Virus record (IMG/VR): IMGVR_UViG_3300045988_161557
Reading direction: 5' to 3' (one strand)
From: a virus
Length of the DNA: 63,703 nt
Shown: positions 51,374-59,888 of the stretch, piece after piece
Layout: each line of letters begins with the position of its first letter
Numbering within the stretch: the stretch's first letter is position 1
The notes under the pieces: model-generated
Told to the model about the DNA's origin: nothing
Database searches by the model: none
Seen by the model: only the letters and a program-made list of their open reading frames with translations
Translations under genes and position numbers: made by a program

Positions 51374-52615
51374 TTAATTTTCAAGAATGTGGAGCGAGAG
51401 CGGGGAAGCCACAAGCCCGGCGCTGCACAAGGCCGTGGCGTACAGGCAGCCGTGCGTGCCGCGGCAATACCAAGCGTGGCGGGGATCGTAGCGCGCACAC
51501 GTCCACTGGTTAGAACCGTTACTTATAGCCTTGCCTCCTGCAGCGACAATAGTTCGATTAAGCACGTCAGGCGTTCCCGTTCCTTGCGTTATATCTCTCA
51601 TAAGCTCTACAAGTTCCTTGGGTGCGGGCAGATGCCACAAACCTACTTGCAGGCAGGAGGTAGAGAAGCTGGTGCACCATCCACTTGCGGGGCACATGTA
51701 CTTCGGTTCGGCCACCTTGCGCGATGTGTAGGTGAAGGACGAGAGCAACTTGCTCATCTCCCTGCCGTCATACATCATAATGCCGTAGTCGGTGTCAGTA
51801 ATAGAGACACAGCTGCGCATGAATCGCAGCCAACCCTCCTCACCCTCGCCATACACGCCACGAAGCGGTTTACAGAAGTCCCCTGGGTTCTTGGTGGAAG
51901 TTCCGAGCCAAGTATGAAGGTTGATCGGCCATTCCTGCTTGATGCTCGTCTGTTCAGCCGTGCGCCCGCCTTGCTCGGGCGAAGCGCCGTTGTCGTTACG
52001 GTAGTAGGCCAACGAACGGTGCCAGGAGCAGATGCCGCCTAATTGCGTCGCCTGTCCGCTCTTACGCCTTAGACGTGTGCATTGCTTTAACTCGGGCATG
52101 CTGTTTGTCTTTGTGATACCTGATTTGGCAGTGAAGTTGTAGTTCTGCCATACGACGAACGCATAATGCACTCTGACGCGCCCGTCAGCGGTAAGGTCGG
52201 CATACCAGTCCTGATCTGTAAAGTCGGTATCCGCTTCAAAAGCGGCATTGAGCGCGCTGATGAACTCCTCTACGGTACTTGCCGTATAAGTGATTGTCTT
52301 CTCCACACTCCTATCCCAGTTTGCCTTGGTGGGTATGGCCAGCACTATGGTGTGCTCCGCGCCGTCCAGCGTATAGCCGCTCAGATAGTACCACACACGG
52401 TCGCAGAATGCGATGTTACCCGAATTGTTCAGCCCAACAATAGTGACCTTTTTGCCCTCTCGATGTGATACAACGCCCTGCACCTCCCACTCGCTCTTGT
52501 CCAGCTCTGAGGTTACGAGCGTGTCGGCCTTGATGTAAAACAGCTTCTTGTCGGAGAGCCGCCCTACACATGCGTCCCCGCGCTCGGGTATCTTAACGAA
52601 TACATTATTTGCCAT
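51374..52615 (-). CDS. DGR target protein with a C-terminal C-type-lectin-fold (DUF1566-like) variable tip; probable receptor-binding or tail-fibre protein
   Basis: The VR occupies the last ~40 codons (NQWTCARYDPRHAWYCRGTHGCLYATALCSAGLVASPLS). WHLPAPKELVELM upstream is typical of DUF1566/CLec DGR targets. It lies in the tail-fibre neighbourhood. Confidence 0.85.
   Translation of the reverse strand: MANNVFVKIPERGDACVGRLSDKKLFYIKADTLVTSELDKSEWEVQGVVSHREGKKVTIVGLNNSGNIAFCDRVWYYLSGYTLDGAEHTIVLAIPTKANWDRSVEKTITYTASTVEEFISALNAAFEADTDFTDQDWYADLTADGRVRVHYAFVVWQNYNFTAKSGITKTNSMPELKQCTRLRRKSGQATQLGGICSWHRSLAYYRNDNGASPEQGGRTAEQTSIKQEWPINLHTWLGTSTKNPGDFCKPLRGVYGEGEEGWLRFMRSCVSITDTDYGIMMYDGREMSKLLSSFTYTSRKVAEPKYMCPASGWCTSFSTSCLQVGLWHLPAPKELVELMRDITQGTGTPDVLNRTIVAAGGKAISNGSNQWTCARYDPRHAWYCRGTHGCLYATALCSAGLVASPLSLHILEN
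51395..51517 (-). repeat. DGR variable repeat (VR)
   Basis: 108/123 identical to TR. The invariant GC-rich 3' end (coding sense GGCTTGTGGCTTCCCCGCTCTCG) is the IMH candidate. Confidence 0.9.
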
Positions 52616-52626
52616 ATCATTCTATC

Positions 52627-53106
52627 TTAAAAGTTCTTCCACACAAGCGAGCCTTCCTCGCTGCCGCGCACAGCGATGTAGCGCCCGCCTGTAGTCGCAA
52701 GCGTATTGATGTACTGCTGCCCGATGGCTGACGGTTCTCCGTTCCAGTTGTAGCCCTCCTCTGTGTCGGGGTCAAACTGCTTCCAGTTGTCGGGCACGAT
52801 TGCCTCCTGTGGGGTGCCTGCCCCGAACAGGATGCTGGGCTGGCCGCATAGCAGGGGAAGCTCGCTGAAGTCGGTGCTGGTGGCATCCTTGGCAAGCGCG
52901 TTGATGTCGTGCTCAGTAGCCTCCTTGTGCGCATCCACTATCCCCTGTAATTCAGTCAGCAGCCCTTGCAGATTTGTCAGGCCTATCTGCAACACGTCCA
53001 GCTTGCTATATATGGGGCGCAAGTCAGCAGACGAGCCAGAACCACTGCCACTGCCGCTGCCTCCTCCCGCCTGCATTCCTATGACGGGCAAGTTTATCTT
53101 ATCCAT
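52627..53106 (-). CDS. Tail-fibre-like protein with a Gly/Ser linker
   Basis: 159 aa. GGGSGSGSGSGSS followed by a coiled segment LQGLLTELQGIVDAHKEA. Confidence 0.5.
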   Translation of the reverse strand: MDKINLPVIGMQAGGGSGSGSGSGSSADLRPIYSKLDVLQIGLTNLQGLLTELQGIVDAHKEATEHDINALAKDATSTDFSELPLLCGQPSILFGAGTPQEAIVPDNWKQFDPDTEEGYNWNGEPSAIGQQYINTLATTGGRYIAVRGSEEGSLVWKNF

Positions 53107-53118
53107 ATCCGCTCATCC

Positions 53119-53400
53119 TTACTCTACACCGTCCTGGCACAGCACGCAGGACTCTACTTCTGTTTCACTCTCCATGCGCAGCGTCACGCCCACGGGAAGA
53201 TAGCCCGTCAGAAACGCGGTTATCCTCTGTTGGGTAACATGTACAGTCACTGGCTTCTTGCCTGCCGCGTAGGCATACACACGCAGCCAGCCCATTTCCT
53301 TGCGCTCTACCTGCACGTATGCCATGTTGGGTGATACTACCTCATCGCTCTGCCAGCAAGCCTTATCCTTGTTGTAGGTGAATTTAATATTCTTTACCAT
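53119..53400 (-). CDS. Hypothetical small structural-module protein
   Basis: 93-aa ORF in the co-directional operon. Confidence 0.55.
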   Translation of the reverse strand: MVKNIKFTYNKDKACWQSDEVVSPNMAYVQVERKEMGWLRVYAYAAGKKPVTVHVTQQRITAFLTGYLPVGVTLRMESETEVESCVLCQDGVE

Positions 53401-53412
53401 AATCTCCTATAA

Positions 53413-54309
53413 TTATGTCATACTATCATTCTCCAGTGCCGAAAGCCTATTCTTTATGCTCTCCAGCATATCTACGGTAGCTATCTCCTTAGCACCGACC
53501 TTAGCCTTGTAGCCAGGACCTGGCTGGAGCACAATATCGTCGAGTCCGCTCTTCACCACCACTTTATAGCCCTCGAGTTGGAGACCTTTGGTGCTTCCCT
53601 CGGCATACACGCGAACGCTGTCGGCATGTATCTCGGCAGAATCGTCTCCCTCCGTATAATAGCGGAGAGAGGTTCGTTTCTTCTCAGCCGCCTGCCGCGC
53701 ATTCTCGTTCTGCTGTCTTACAATCTCTGAGCTGACACGCTTGCCCTCTGCGGACGAGCGGGATGTCTCTGCTGTCTGCCTCTGGGTCTCAGCGCTCTCA
53801 ATCTCGCTAAGACGTTTGTTAAGCTCGGTGATGTTGGACACCCACTCGCTCTGGCGCAGTGCGGTCTGGCCGCTTATGACGGCTATCTCGTAGGCAGACA
53901 AGCCATCATACCCATACGTAGCCACCATGCTGCGCACTTCGATATTGACAGCGCTTGACTCTGAGTAGTCGGCCTCGTTAGACACAGCAGTGATGCCAAA
54001 CAGATCATCAACCTGTGAACGGCTCATCCTGCCAAGAGGCGGCAAACTGGCATCGTTTCCTCCCTCAAAGGGATTGCTGGCCGACTTGAACCACACGGCA
54101 AGCAGGCCGTACACTCCTTCGGCCAACCCAGTAGGAAGTGTTGCCGTTATGACGTTCTCACTCAGCGTATAGTTGAGTGGTATCTGCTCGTTGTTACTCG
54201 TCAGGAACACAAACAGAGACGAACGCCTAAAATCCTCCTTGACCTTAGACGCGCCTCTGCTTATTGTCCATGACAGATTTATTCTCTGATTACTGCCTAC
54301 ATACTTCAT
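53413..54309 (-). CDS. Tail-fibre-like protein
   Basis: 298 aa. Beta-rich N-terminus, then a fibre-type helical repeat ESAETQRQTAETSRSSAEGKRVSSEIVRQQNENARQAAEKKR. Confidence 0.5.
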   Translation of the reverse strand: MKYVGSNQRINLSWTISRGASKVKEDFRRSSLFVFLTSNNEQIPLNYTLSENVITATLPTGLAEGVYGLLAVWFKSASNPFEGGNDASLPPLGRMSRSQVDDLFGITAVSNEADYSESSAVNIEVRSMVATYGYDGLSAYEIAVISGQTALRQSEWVSNITELNKRLSEIESAETQRQTAETSRSSAEGKRVSSEIVRQQNENARQAAEKKRTSLRYYTEGDDSAEIHADSVRVYAEGSTKGLQLEGYKVVVKSGLDDIVLQPGPGYKAKVGAKEIATVDMLESIKNRLSALENDSMT

Positions 54310-54328
54310 ATCGTAATGTTATATGCCG

Positions 54329-54372
54329 CAAAGTTAATCCGCACAGCCATAATGGTTTGACGAATTATCAAA
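54329..54372 (-). promoter_or_regulatory. Late-type promoter: dyad box + N18 + TAnnTTTG
   Basis: Minus strand TTTGATAATTCGTCAAAC - N18 - TAACTTTG, 19 nt before the ATG at 54309. Confidence 0.6.
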
Positions 54373-54751
54373 TCTTCCTTCGCAAGACGAGCACAACAGC
54401 CACGCCTGCCACAAGCATCGCCCAGCCGCCCCAGTCCTGCTTGGTACGCTGCCACCGCGTAAGCGGACGCTCCACGGGGTATGGCTTTGGGATGCTGTCG
54501 GTCTTATTGATATAGAGGGTGTCGCATGTCTTATGCCGTTCCACACGCACATGCCATCTGTCCATCCACACCGTATCACGCCCCTCACGCACGTGTACGC
54601 TGTCATACATCCAAACGCTATCCACACGCTCCTTGTATTGTATAAGCGTGTCTGATCGTGTCTGCATGATGGGAACGTACTCTGTGCGTACAGAGCGGCA
54701 GGAGCACAGACAGAGAGCGCAGAGGAACGCTATCAGACAGCCCCTGCCCAT
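54368..54751 (-). CDS. Unimolecular spanin (u-spanin)-like lipoprotein with a C-terminal TM anchor
   Basis: Start taken at MGRGCLIAFLCALCLCSC (lipobox-like L-C-S-C). C-terminal TM GGWAMLVAGVAVVLVL-RRKI. It overlaps the endolysin 3' end. Confidence 0.6.
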   Translation of the reverse strand: MGRGCLIAFLCALCLCSCRSVRTEYVPIMQTRSDTLIQYKERVDSVWMYDSVHVREGRDTVWMDRWHVRVERHKTCDTLYINKTDSIPKPYPVERPLTRWQRTKQDWGGWAMLVAGVAVVLVLRRKI

Positions 54752-55170
54752 CGTGCTGCCTCCCATGCTCTGCGTCTCACAAGGCCAGGCAGCTTCTTGT
54801 TGCCCGCCTTCACCCATCTGCCGAACTCATGGTAAATGGTTGGATTGGCAGGATTGGCAAGTATCTTCTTGGCCATCGTGCTGCGCTTGAAATTACCAAT
54901 GCCCACGTTATAGGCAAAGCTTACTATGGCATCCCACTGGTTATCGGTCAACTTCACATCGCCTAAGAATCTGTCCAGTGCCTCCTCCTCAAGTTCGATG
55001 AACTCCTCAAGGTCTTTGTCAGCCTGCTCTTGCGTGATGGTCATACCCATCTCCACCCCGCGAGTCCTCCCATAGCCTATGGTTGGAATACCAACGGCAT
55101 CGCGGTACGCCTTAAGCTTGCACCCCTCAAAGGTCTTCATCTTCTCAAGTGCTTCTCTTGTAAACCTCAT
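54733..55170 (-). CDS. Endolysin, glycoside hydrolase family 24 lysozyme
   Basis: KTFEGCKLKAYRDAVGIPTIGYGRT carries the E..D..T catalytic triad context of T4/lambda-type lysozymes. Confidence 0.9.
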   Translation of the reverse strand: MRFTREALEKMKTFEGCKLKAYRDAVGIPTIGYGRTRGVEMGMTITQEQADKDLEEFIELEEEALDRFLGDVKLTDNQWDAIVSFAYNVGIGNFKRSTMAKKILANPANPTIYHEFGRWVKAGNKKLPGLVRRRAWEAARWAGAV

Positions 55171-55673
55171 TCGCTCTCCTCCTCTTTATTCTTATAAATC
55201 TTATTACGTCTGTCATTGGTGATATACTGCACTATAGCCTGAGCTATTTCCTCGGGATCCGCGCGATGCTTGGCTATCTCACCTGCAAGATGCGCCACTT
55301 GCTTCATCTCCTTCTTCTCCTTGTCGCTGGCGGGCTCCATGATGCTCTTGACCTCAATGACACCAACGAAGAACGCACCCGCAAAGGTGAACCAGGGAAA
55401 CAGCGGCCAGTGCCAGTCCGCGTAGTTGTTCAGATACCACAAGCCTATTATCTGCATCCCGTCCATGAGGAGCAGCGCAAACAGCATGTTGTAGTATCTG
55501 CCTATCTTAGCCACCGTCCGCTGCCAGCCGTTGCTTGTTATGACCTCACCGCGCTGCCTGGCCTTGCGTATGCCCGCCCAGAAGTCGGATGCAACGAACA
55601 GGAGCGGAAGGAGCATGATAAGGCACTCCACGAAAAGCATCGCCACCAAGGGCTCCGTATTACTCGCCATCAT
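55167..55673 (-). CDS. Holin-like membrane protein (Phage_holin_4-like)
   Basis: 168 aa. TMs plus DFWAGIRKARQRGEVITSNGWQRTVAKIG (D..tGi.kA.....S..g..k.K pattern). It lies immediately upstream of the endolysin. Confidence 0.65.
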   Translation of the reverse strand: MMASNTEPLVAMLFVECLIMLLPLLFVASDFWAGIRKARQRGEVITSNGWQRTVAKIGRYYNMLFALLLMDGMQIIGLWYLNNYADWHWPLFPWFTFAGAFFVGVIEVKSIMEPASDKEKKEMKQVAHLAGEIAKHRADPEEIAQAIVQYITNDRRNKIYKNKEEESE

Positions 55674-56344
55674 ACTCCTCCTTTCTCTTGCTTCTCCTGT
55701 GCGCTAACACCCATGAGAGCCATCGCAAGGTTAAACATATCATCAGCATGCTGGTCATTGAGTACTGTAAGCACAAGGCCTGACAGATAGTAGATATAAG
55801 CATCCTCAAGTTTCGTGCTGACATCTATGCCGTCATCAGCCCCTGTGTCCTCGACAAAGGTCATATACTCCACGCGCACGCTTGAGTCTATCTTCGGCAT
55901 ACTGTACAACTCAATCTGCCGCTCGCCGTTCTCAAGATTGACCGAGAGGAAAGCGGCAGGACGCTCAGGCGTTCCGCAGGCATAAGGGTCGGACTGCTTT
56001 GCATACTCGTCCTCCTCATCGCTCTGCATCTCTGTCAAAGCCTTTGACCACCCCTGCACGCGGAGACTCTTCAGCCTCAGATATCCAGGAACGGCCACCA
56101 CACCCACGAAGTAACTGCCAAGTTCCCTCGTGCCTGTCACATGCGTTGCAGTCTCACCCGCGTCCAGCAAGTCAGGGTCAGCCGTACCATGCACGAAGTT
56201 CAACGCCTCAAGGACATGCGCAGCGATGATGCTGTCAAGCTCTGCCTCGTCTGCCCCCGTGTAGAACTCCGAGTCGTTCACCCGTGCCTCGTTGATTGTC
56301 CTGCGCACACGAGACACTATATCCGCTCCTGTCAGGTGTGTCAT
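55670..56344 (-). CDS. Hypothetical head-module protein
   Basis: 224-aa ORF with a 4-nt overlap with the holin-like gene. Confidence 0.6.
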   Translation of the reverse strand: MTHLTGADIVSRVRRTINEARVNDSEFYTGADEAELDSIIAAHVLEALNFVHGTADPDLLDAGETATHVTGTRELGSYFVGVVAVPGYLRLKSLRVQGWSKALTEMQSDEEDEYAKQSDPYACGTPERPAAFLSVNLENGERQIELYSMPKIDSSVRVEYMTFVEDTGADDGIDVSTKLEDAYIYYLSGLVLTVLNDQHADDMFNLAMALMGVSAQEKQEKGGV

Positions 56345-56351
56345 GCCGTTC

Positions 56352-56744
56352 TCAGTATCTCAGGTTAGGGAACTCAACGTTATACTGCTCCATCAGCGTC
56401 TTCAGGTCTCCCTCGCCTGTCACGTTGGCTCCAAGCTGGGTGAAGTAAAGCAGGGCATCGTTGACGCTCTTCACCTTGGTTATCTTGCGTGTCTTGGTTT
56501 TCTCGTTGGCAATCCTTGCCCCCACATCCTTGGTACTGTCCGAATAGCTCTTCTTCAGGATGTAGAGACTACCGAAACGCGGGTCATGCTCCAGAGCGTC
56601 CTGCACGAACAGGCTGTCTGTCACAAGGCGGGCGCGGTTGCGTCTCTGGTCTCCTCCCTTGAAAGAAGCCATGATTACCTGGCCGCAATATGAGATGCGA
56701 ATGGTCATCGCATCGAAACGAGAAAGTTCATATATTTTCAGCAT
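56352..56744 (-). CDS. Hypothetical head-module protein
   Basis: 130-aa ORF after the capsid-gene terminator/attenuator. Confidence 0.6.
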   Translation of the reverse strand: MLKIYELSRFDAMTIRISYCGQVIMASFKGGDQRRNRARLVTDSLFVQDALEHDPRFGSLYILKKSYSDSTKDVGARIANEKTKTRKITKVKSVNDALLYFTQLGANVTGEGDLKTLMEQYNVEFPNLRY

Positions 56745-56772
56745 ACTTTCTTGAATTATTGTTAAGATTGAA

Positions 56773-56807
56773 GAATGCCCGCCACGTAGTTAGCGAGACG
56801 GGCATTC
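56773..56807 (-). terminator. Hairpin (terminator or attenuator) after the capsid gene
   Basis: GAATGCCCG - 17 nt - CGGGCATTC (9-bp stem), 31 nt after the stop at 56838. Confidence 0.55.
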
Positions 56808-56837
56808 AGGCTATTATACTAATCCCCTTAGAACTTG

Positions 56838-58502
56838 TCAGCCTACGAAGATGCTCTTGCCAGAGTAGGGCTTCCACTCAGTGCCGCTGTACTCGTACAG
56901 ACCCATGGGCTTGCCAGACTCGTCGTTGATGAGATAGACAATATCCCCAGCAGCAGGAGCTGCCACGTCAGACAGGCTGTTCACGCTCTTCAGCACGGCA
57001 TCCAAAGCACTCAGCTTATAGCCGCCTACCAGAGTGGTGGGACCTACAATCATGCTGTTGAAGGTGTCGAGCTTCACGCAGTCGTCCTTGATGTAGTACT
57101 GAGACTTGGCCTCGCGTACTTCGCCGCCCTCTCCCTTCTCGTGGTTGATGTTGATGGTCTTGCCCGACTGGTAGTAGAAGTGCTTGGCCTCCTCAACAGA
57201 GAAGATGATGGCACACTCGCTGTAGCCGATGTCGTTCAGGCCGTACTCATGCACGAAGTTGAACTTGCCGAAGTTACTCTCAAACGAGGTAATCTTAATC
57301 TTCGTGCTCTCGTCAGTGTAGTTGCGCACCGTGTATTCCTTGTGCTTTGAGAAGTCGATGTTCAGCAGGCGCTGGATGAACTTGGTACCGCAGTAGGCGG
57401 TCAGCTCGTTGGGTGTGTCGTACTTGCCGCACAGCATAGCCTGTATGCCTATCAAGTCCTCAAAGTCTATCTGGCCATCGCTCAACTCGTAGCCCAGGCG
57501 CAGCTGGCGCATGATACCGTTCTCCGTGTAGGCGGTCTCAGTGCCTGTACGCTCGTTGTGCTTGTAGAACTTGGCGGGAGCGCTGATGAGCATACTGCGG
57601 GTACACTCTCTGCGGAACATCTCCAGGTTCCAGTCCTTGATGTCCTGCACATTCCACTGAGCCTTCTTCTTGATACGCTCGAACAACTCGGTGTAGGTGA
57701 TGGCGCATACCTTCTTCTGCAAGTAGCACTGGGTCTCAATGGGCAGGGCGTTGTTGGGCTCTACCTCCACCTCGCTCTCACTCAGGGCAGGAGCCATGGG
57801 GAAGAAGGTCGTACCAGCGGGTATCTCGGGAACGGTAGTAGTGGGGTCGCTGGCGCTCTTGCTGGGTCCGTTCAGCGCGCGAACGGTAATACCAGTAGTG
57901 CTCTTGTCAACAACGAACAGCACCAGAGGGGTGTTGTCCTTCACCTGCCCCTTGTAGCCAAGGGGAGCGCCTACCATGATAGTGGCGTTGCGGCGGATGA
58001 GCTTCCAGTCATTCTTGGCAATCTCGGTAGCGGTAAGGGTAACCTCCTCTTCACCGCCAGTAACCTTGGCGATGCTGGTGAACTCCATGATGGCCTCACC
58101 TACCTCCCAGTTCGTGGGCTCCTTGGTGTCAACCTTGATTTGCCTTGCCTTACGCAGAATGTCGGTGTGCAAGGGAAATCGGTACGCGCGAAACTTAGAC
58201 ACATAGTCATCGATGTTGTTTTCAGTCACGCCTGCCTGGTCAAGAGCACTGCCTGTAGCGGCGGCACTCTGCTGGTCAAGTCCCTTCTGGGGGCTGTCAG
58301 GGGTAGAACCCTCCAGTGGGGTACCCGCGTTGGGGTCGTTCTTCACCGCCGCACCCGTGCCGTCAGGATCCGCAGTGGTGCGGCCTACATCGTCAAGGCC
58401 GACTGCTGCCATAGCCATGCCGCCGCTGGCGAAGGAAGCCAGAACACTAAGCACCAGCACAAGAAAGTGAAGGGGCTTGAACTCTCTCAGAATTTGCTTC
58501 AT
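56838..58502 (-). CDS. Probable major capsid protein
   Basis: 554 aa. It follows the scaffold-like gene and is followed by a hairpin. The central and C-terminal region looks HK97-like by composition only. The N-terminal 30 aa are hydrophobic, so an alternative start at MAMAAVG (58418) is possible. Confidence 0.5.
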   Translation of the reverse strand: MKQILREFKPLHFLVLVLSVLASFASGGMAMAAVGLDDVGRTTADPDGTGAAVKNDPNAGTPLEGSTPDSPQKGLDQQSAAATGSALDQAGVTENNIDDYVSKFRAYRFPLHTDILRKARQIKVDTKEPTNWEVGEAIMEFTSIAKVTGGEEEVTLTATEIAKNDWKLIRRNATIMVGAPLGYKGQVKDNTPLVLFVVDKSTTGITVRALNGPSKSASDPTTTVPEIPAGTTFFPMAPALSESEVEVEPNNALPIETQCYLQKKVCAITYTELFERIKKKAQWNVQDIKDWNLEMFRRECTRSMLISAPAKFYKHNERTGTETAYTENGIMRQLRLGYELSDGQIDFEDLIGIQAMLCGKYDTPNELTAYCGTKFIQRLLNIDFSKHKEYTVRNYTDESTKIKITSFESNFGKFNFVHEYGLNDIGYSECAIIFSVEEAKHFYYQSGKTININHEKGEGGEVREAKSQYYIKDDCVKLDTFNSMIVGPTTLVGGYKLSALDAVLKSVNSLSDVAAPAAGDIVYLINDESGKPMGLYEYSGTEWKPYSGKSIFVG

Positions 58503-58547
58503 ACTTCTAACTTATCAAATTAACAACTAAAAAATGTTTCTCACTCT

Positions 58548-59318
58548 CTAATACTCGTCCTCGTCTCCTGCAAGGAACATGTTGCGCGAACGCTTCTGCT
58601 TAGGCTCGGGGCGCTTGATGGGGGACTGCTTGCCCGACACACGCTCCTGACTTGCCTCAAGGCTGCGCAGCTTGTCATCCACCTTCTTGCTAAGCCCTGC
58701 GGCCATGCCCTCCTCATGAGCCTGGTCAACGTCCTTGTCGTGGGTCATACCCTTGGCAAGCATCGCGAAATACTCGGGGTCAAGGATTCCATGCACCATG
58801 TCGTCCATGCCCTGGTACATCTTGCCAACTATCTCCTGTGTCTGCTCCTCGCTCAGACCAAGCTCCTCGGACTTCTTTCGGATAGCCTCGATGCTCTTGG
58901 GCATGTTCTCGGCCATCGCGTCATCAATCTTCTTGTTCTCGGCCTCACGCTCCAGATACTTGGAGTGAGCCTGTGCCAGCTTGTCTGCATACTCGGGGTC
59001 ATCCTGAAGAGCCTTGAGGTCAAGGCCGCGCTGCTCGGTGAGGTAGATGATAGGATCGAAGTCATCCTGCTTGCCTGCGGCTATCACCATATCACGGAAT
59101 GCGGGACTGGCCTGCATGCGCTCGGTAAGTTGCTTGCTGTTCTTCTCGTAGCCCTCGTACTCATCGAATGCCTTGCCCATCTGGTCGTAGTAGGCATCCT
59201 CATCGTCCAGGTTCAAGTCGGGGTAACGCTTGCTCATGCGCCCACGGAACAAGTCGCGCTTGCTCTCCTTCGCGGGTTCAGCGGCAGGAGCCGCCTGTGG
59301 TGCTGTTGCTTGTGCCAT
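58548..59318 (-). CDS. Scaffolding-like protein
   Basis: 256 aa, acidic and helical. It is the first gene after a late-type promoter and lies directly upstream of the capsid-like gene. Confidence 0.45.
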   Translation of the reverse strand: MAQATAPQAAPAAEPAKESKRDLFRGRMSKRYPDLNLDDEDAYYDQMGKAFDEYEGYEKNSKQLTERMQASPAFRDMVIAAGKQDDFDPIIYLTEQRGLDLKALQDDPEYADKLAQAHSKYLEREAENKKIDDAMAENMPKSIEAIRKKSEELGLSEEQTQEIVGKMYQGMDDMVHGILDPEYFAMLAKGMTHDKDVDQAHEEGMAAGLSKKVDDKLRSLEASQERVSGKQSPIKRPEPKQKRSRNMFLAGDEDEY

Positions 59319-59346
59319 ATATGTCTCTCGTGAATTTTATTCATCG

Positions 59347-59390
59347 CAAAAGTAGGAAGCGCGGCAACTAAAGTTTGACGAATTATCAAA
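59347..59390 (-). promoter_or_regulatory. Late-type promoter: dyad box + N18 + TAnnTTTG
   Basis: Minus strand TTTGATAATTCGTCAAAC - N18 - TACTTTTG, 28 nt before the ATG at 59318. The box is identical to the copy at 54355-54372. Confidence 0.6.
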
Positions 59391-59459
59391 ATCGCTATTG
59401 TGTGACCAATTTACAGAACGTCCTTTGTGCAATACAAACACCGAAAACTATTATTACAC

Positions 59460-59888
59460 ATGCCAAAAGACACTTGCAACTACAGACGAATGAGGGACGA
59501 AGCACTCTATGCCGCCTTCAAGAGAGCACTCGCCGATGACCCGAGACTTACCGAAAACGAGGCGCTGAGAATAGCGCTCAGAGAGAAGCAGCCGCGTCTG
59601 TGGCTGTCCTTCTACGGGGCATACAGGATAGTGCTGGAGATAGCAAAGGGGAAGGACAAGCCGCAGAAGCACCTCGCAAGGGACGGTGTTGTGGAGAGCA
59701 TACGCAGGAAGTATCTGCGGCTACGCTCGCATCGAACGTTCAAGAACTCATCCTCGCTCTTCATCACCTCGTTCATCATCACAGAACCAGCGGACGGATT
59801 CTATCTGTCCATGTCATACGCTAAACGGATTATATGGAAAATGCGAAAACAAAAGCAAAGCCTCTGGCGAAGACCGAGGACTATCTGA
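59460..59888 (+). CDS. Hypothetical basic protein upstream of the terminase (small-terminase position)
   Basis: Track ORF starts at a GTG at 59427; the ATG at 59460 (MPKDTCNYRR) is preferred. No recognisable motif. Confidence 0.5.
   Translation: MPKDTCNYRRMRDEALYAAFKRALADDPRLTENEALRIALREKQPRLWLSFYGAYRIVLEIAKGKDKPQKHLARDGVVESIRRKYLRLRSHRTFKNSSSLFITSFIITEPADGFYLSMSYAKRIIWKMRKQKQSLWRRPRTI

Larger units (their letters stand above)
49369..52615 (-). mobile_element. Diversity-generating retroelement cassette (target with VR, avd, TR, RT)
   Basis: 123-bp TR (50677-50799) and VR (51395-51517) differ at 15 positions, 14 of them at TR adenines on the coding strand. A YMDD reverse transcriptase lies immediately downstream of TR. 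Confidence 0.9.

Noticed and set aside
58418-58502. The hydrophobic N-terminal 30 aa of the capsid-like protein as a signal peptide (a secreted capsid protein?).
   Set aside because: This is more simply explained by an upstream-extended ORF (alternative start MAMAAVG at 58418) or a cleaved N-terminal segment. There is not enough evidence for an unusual export claim.
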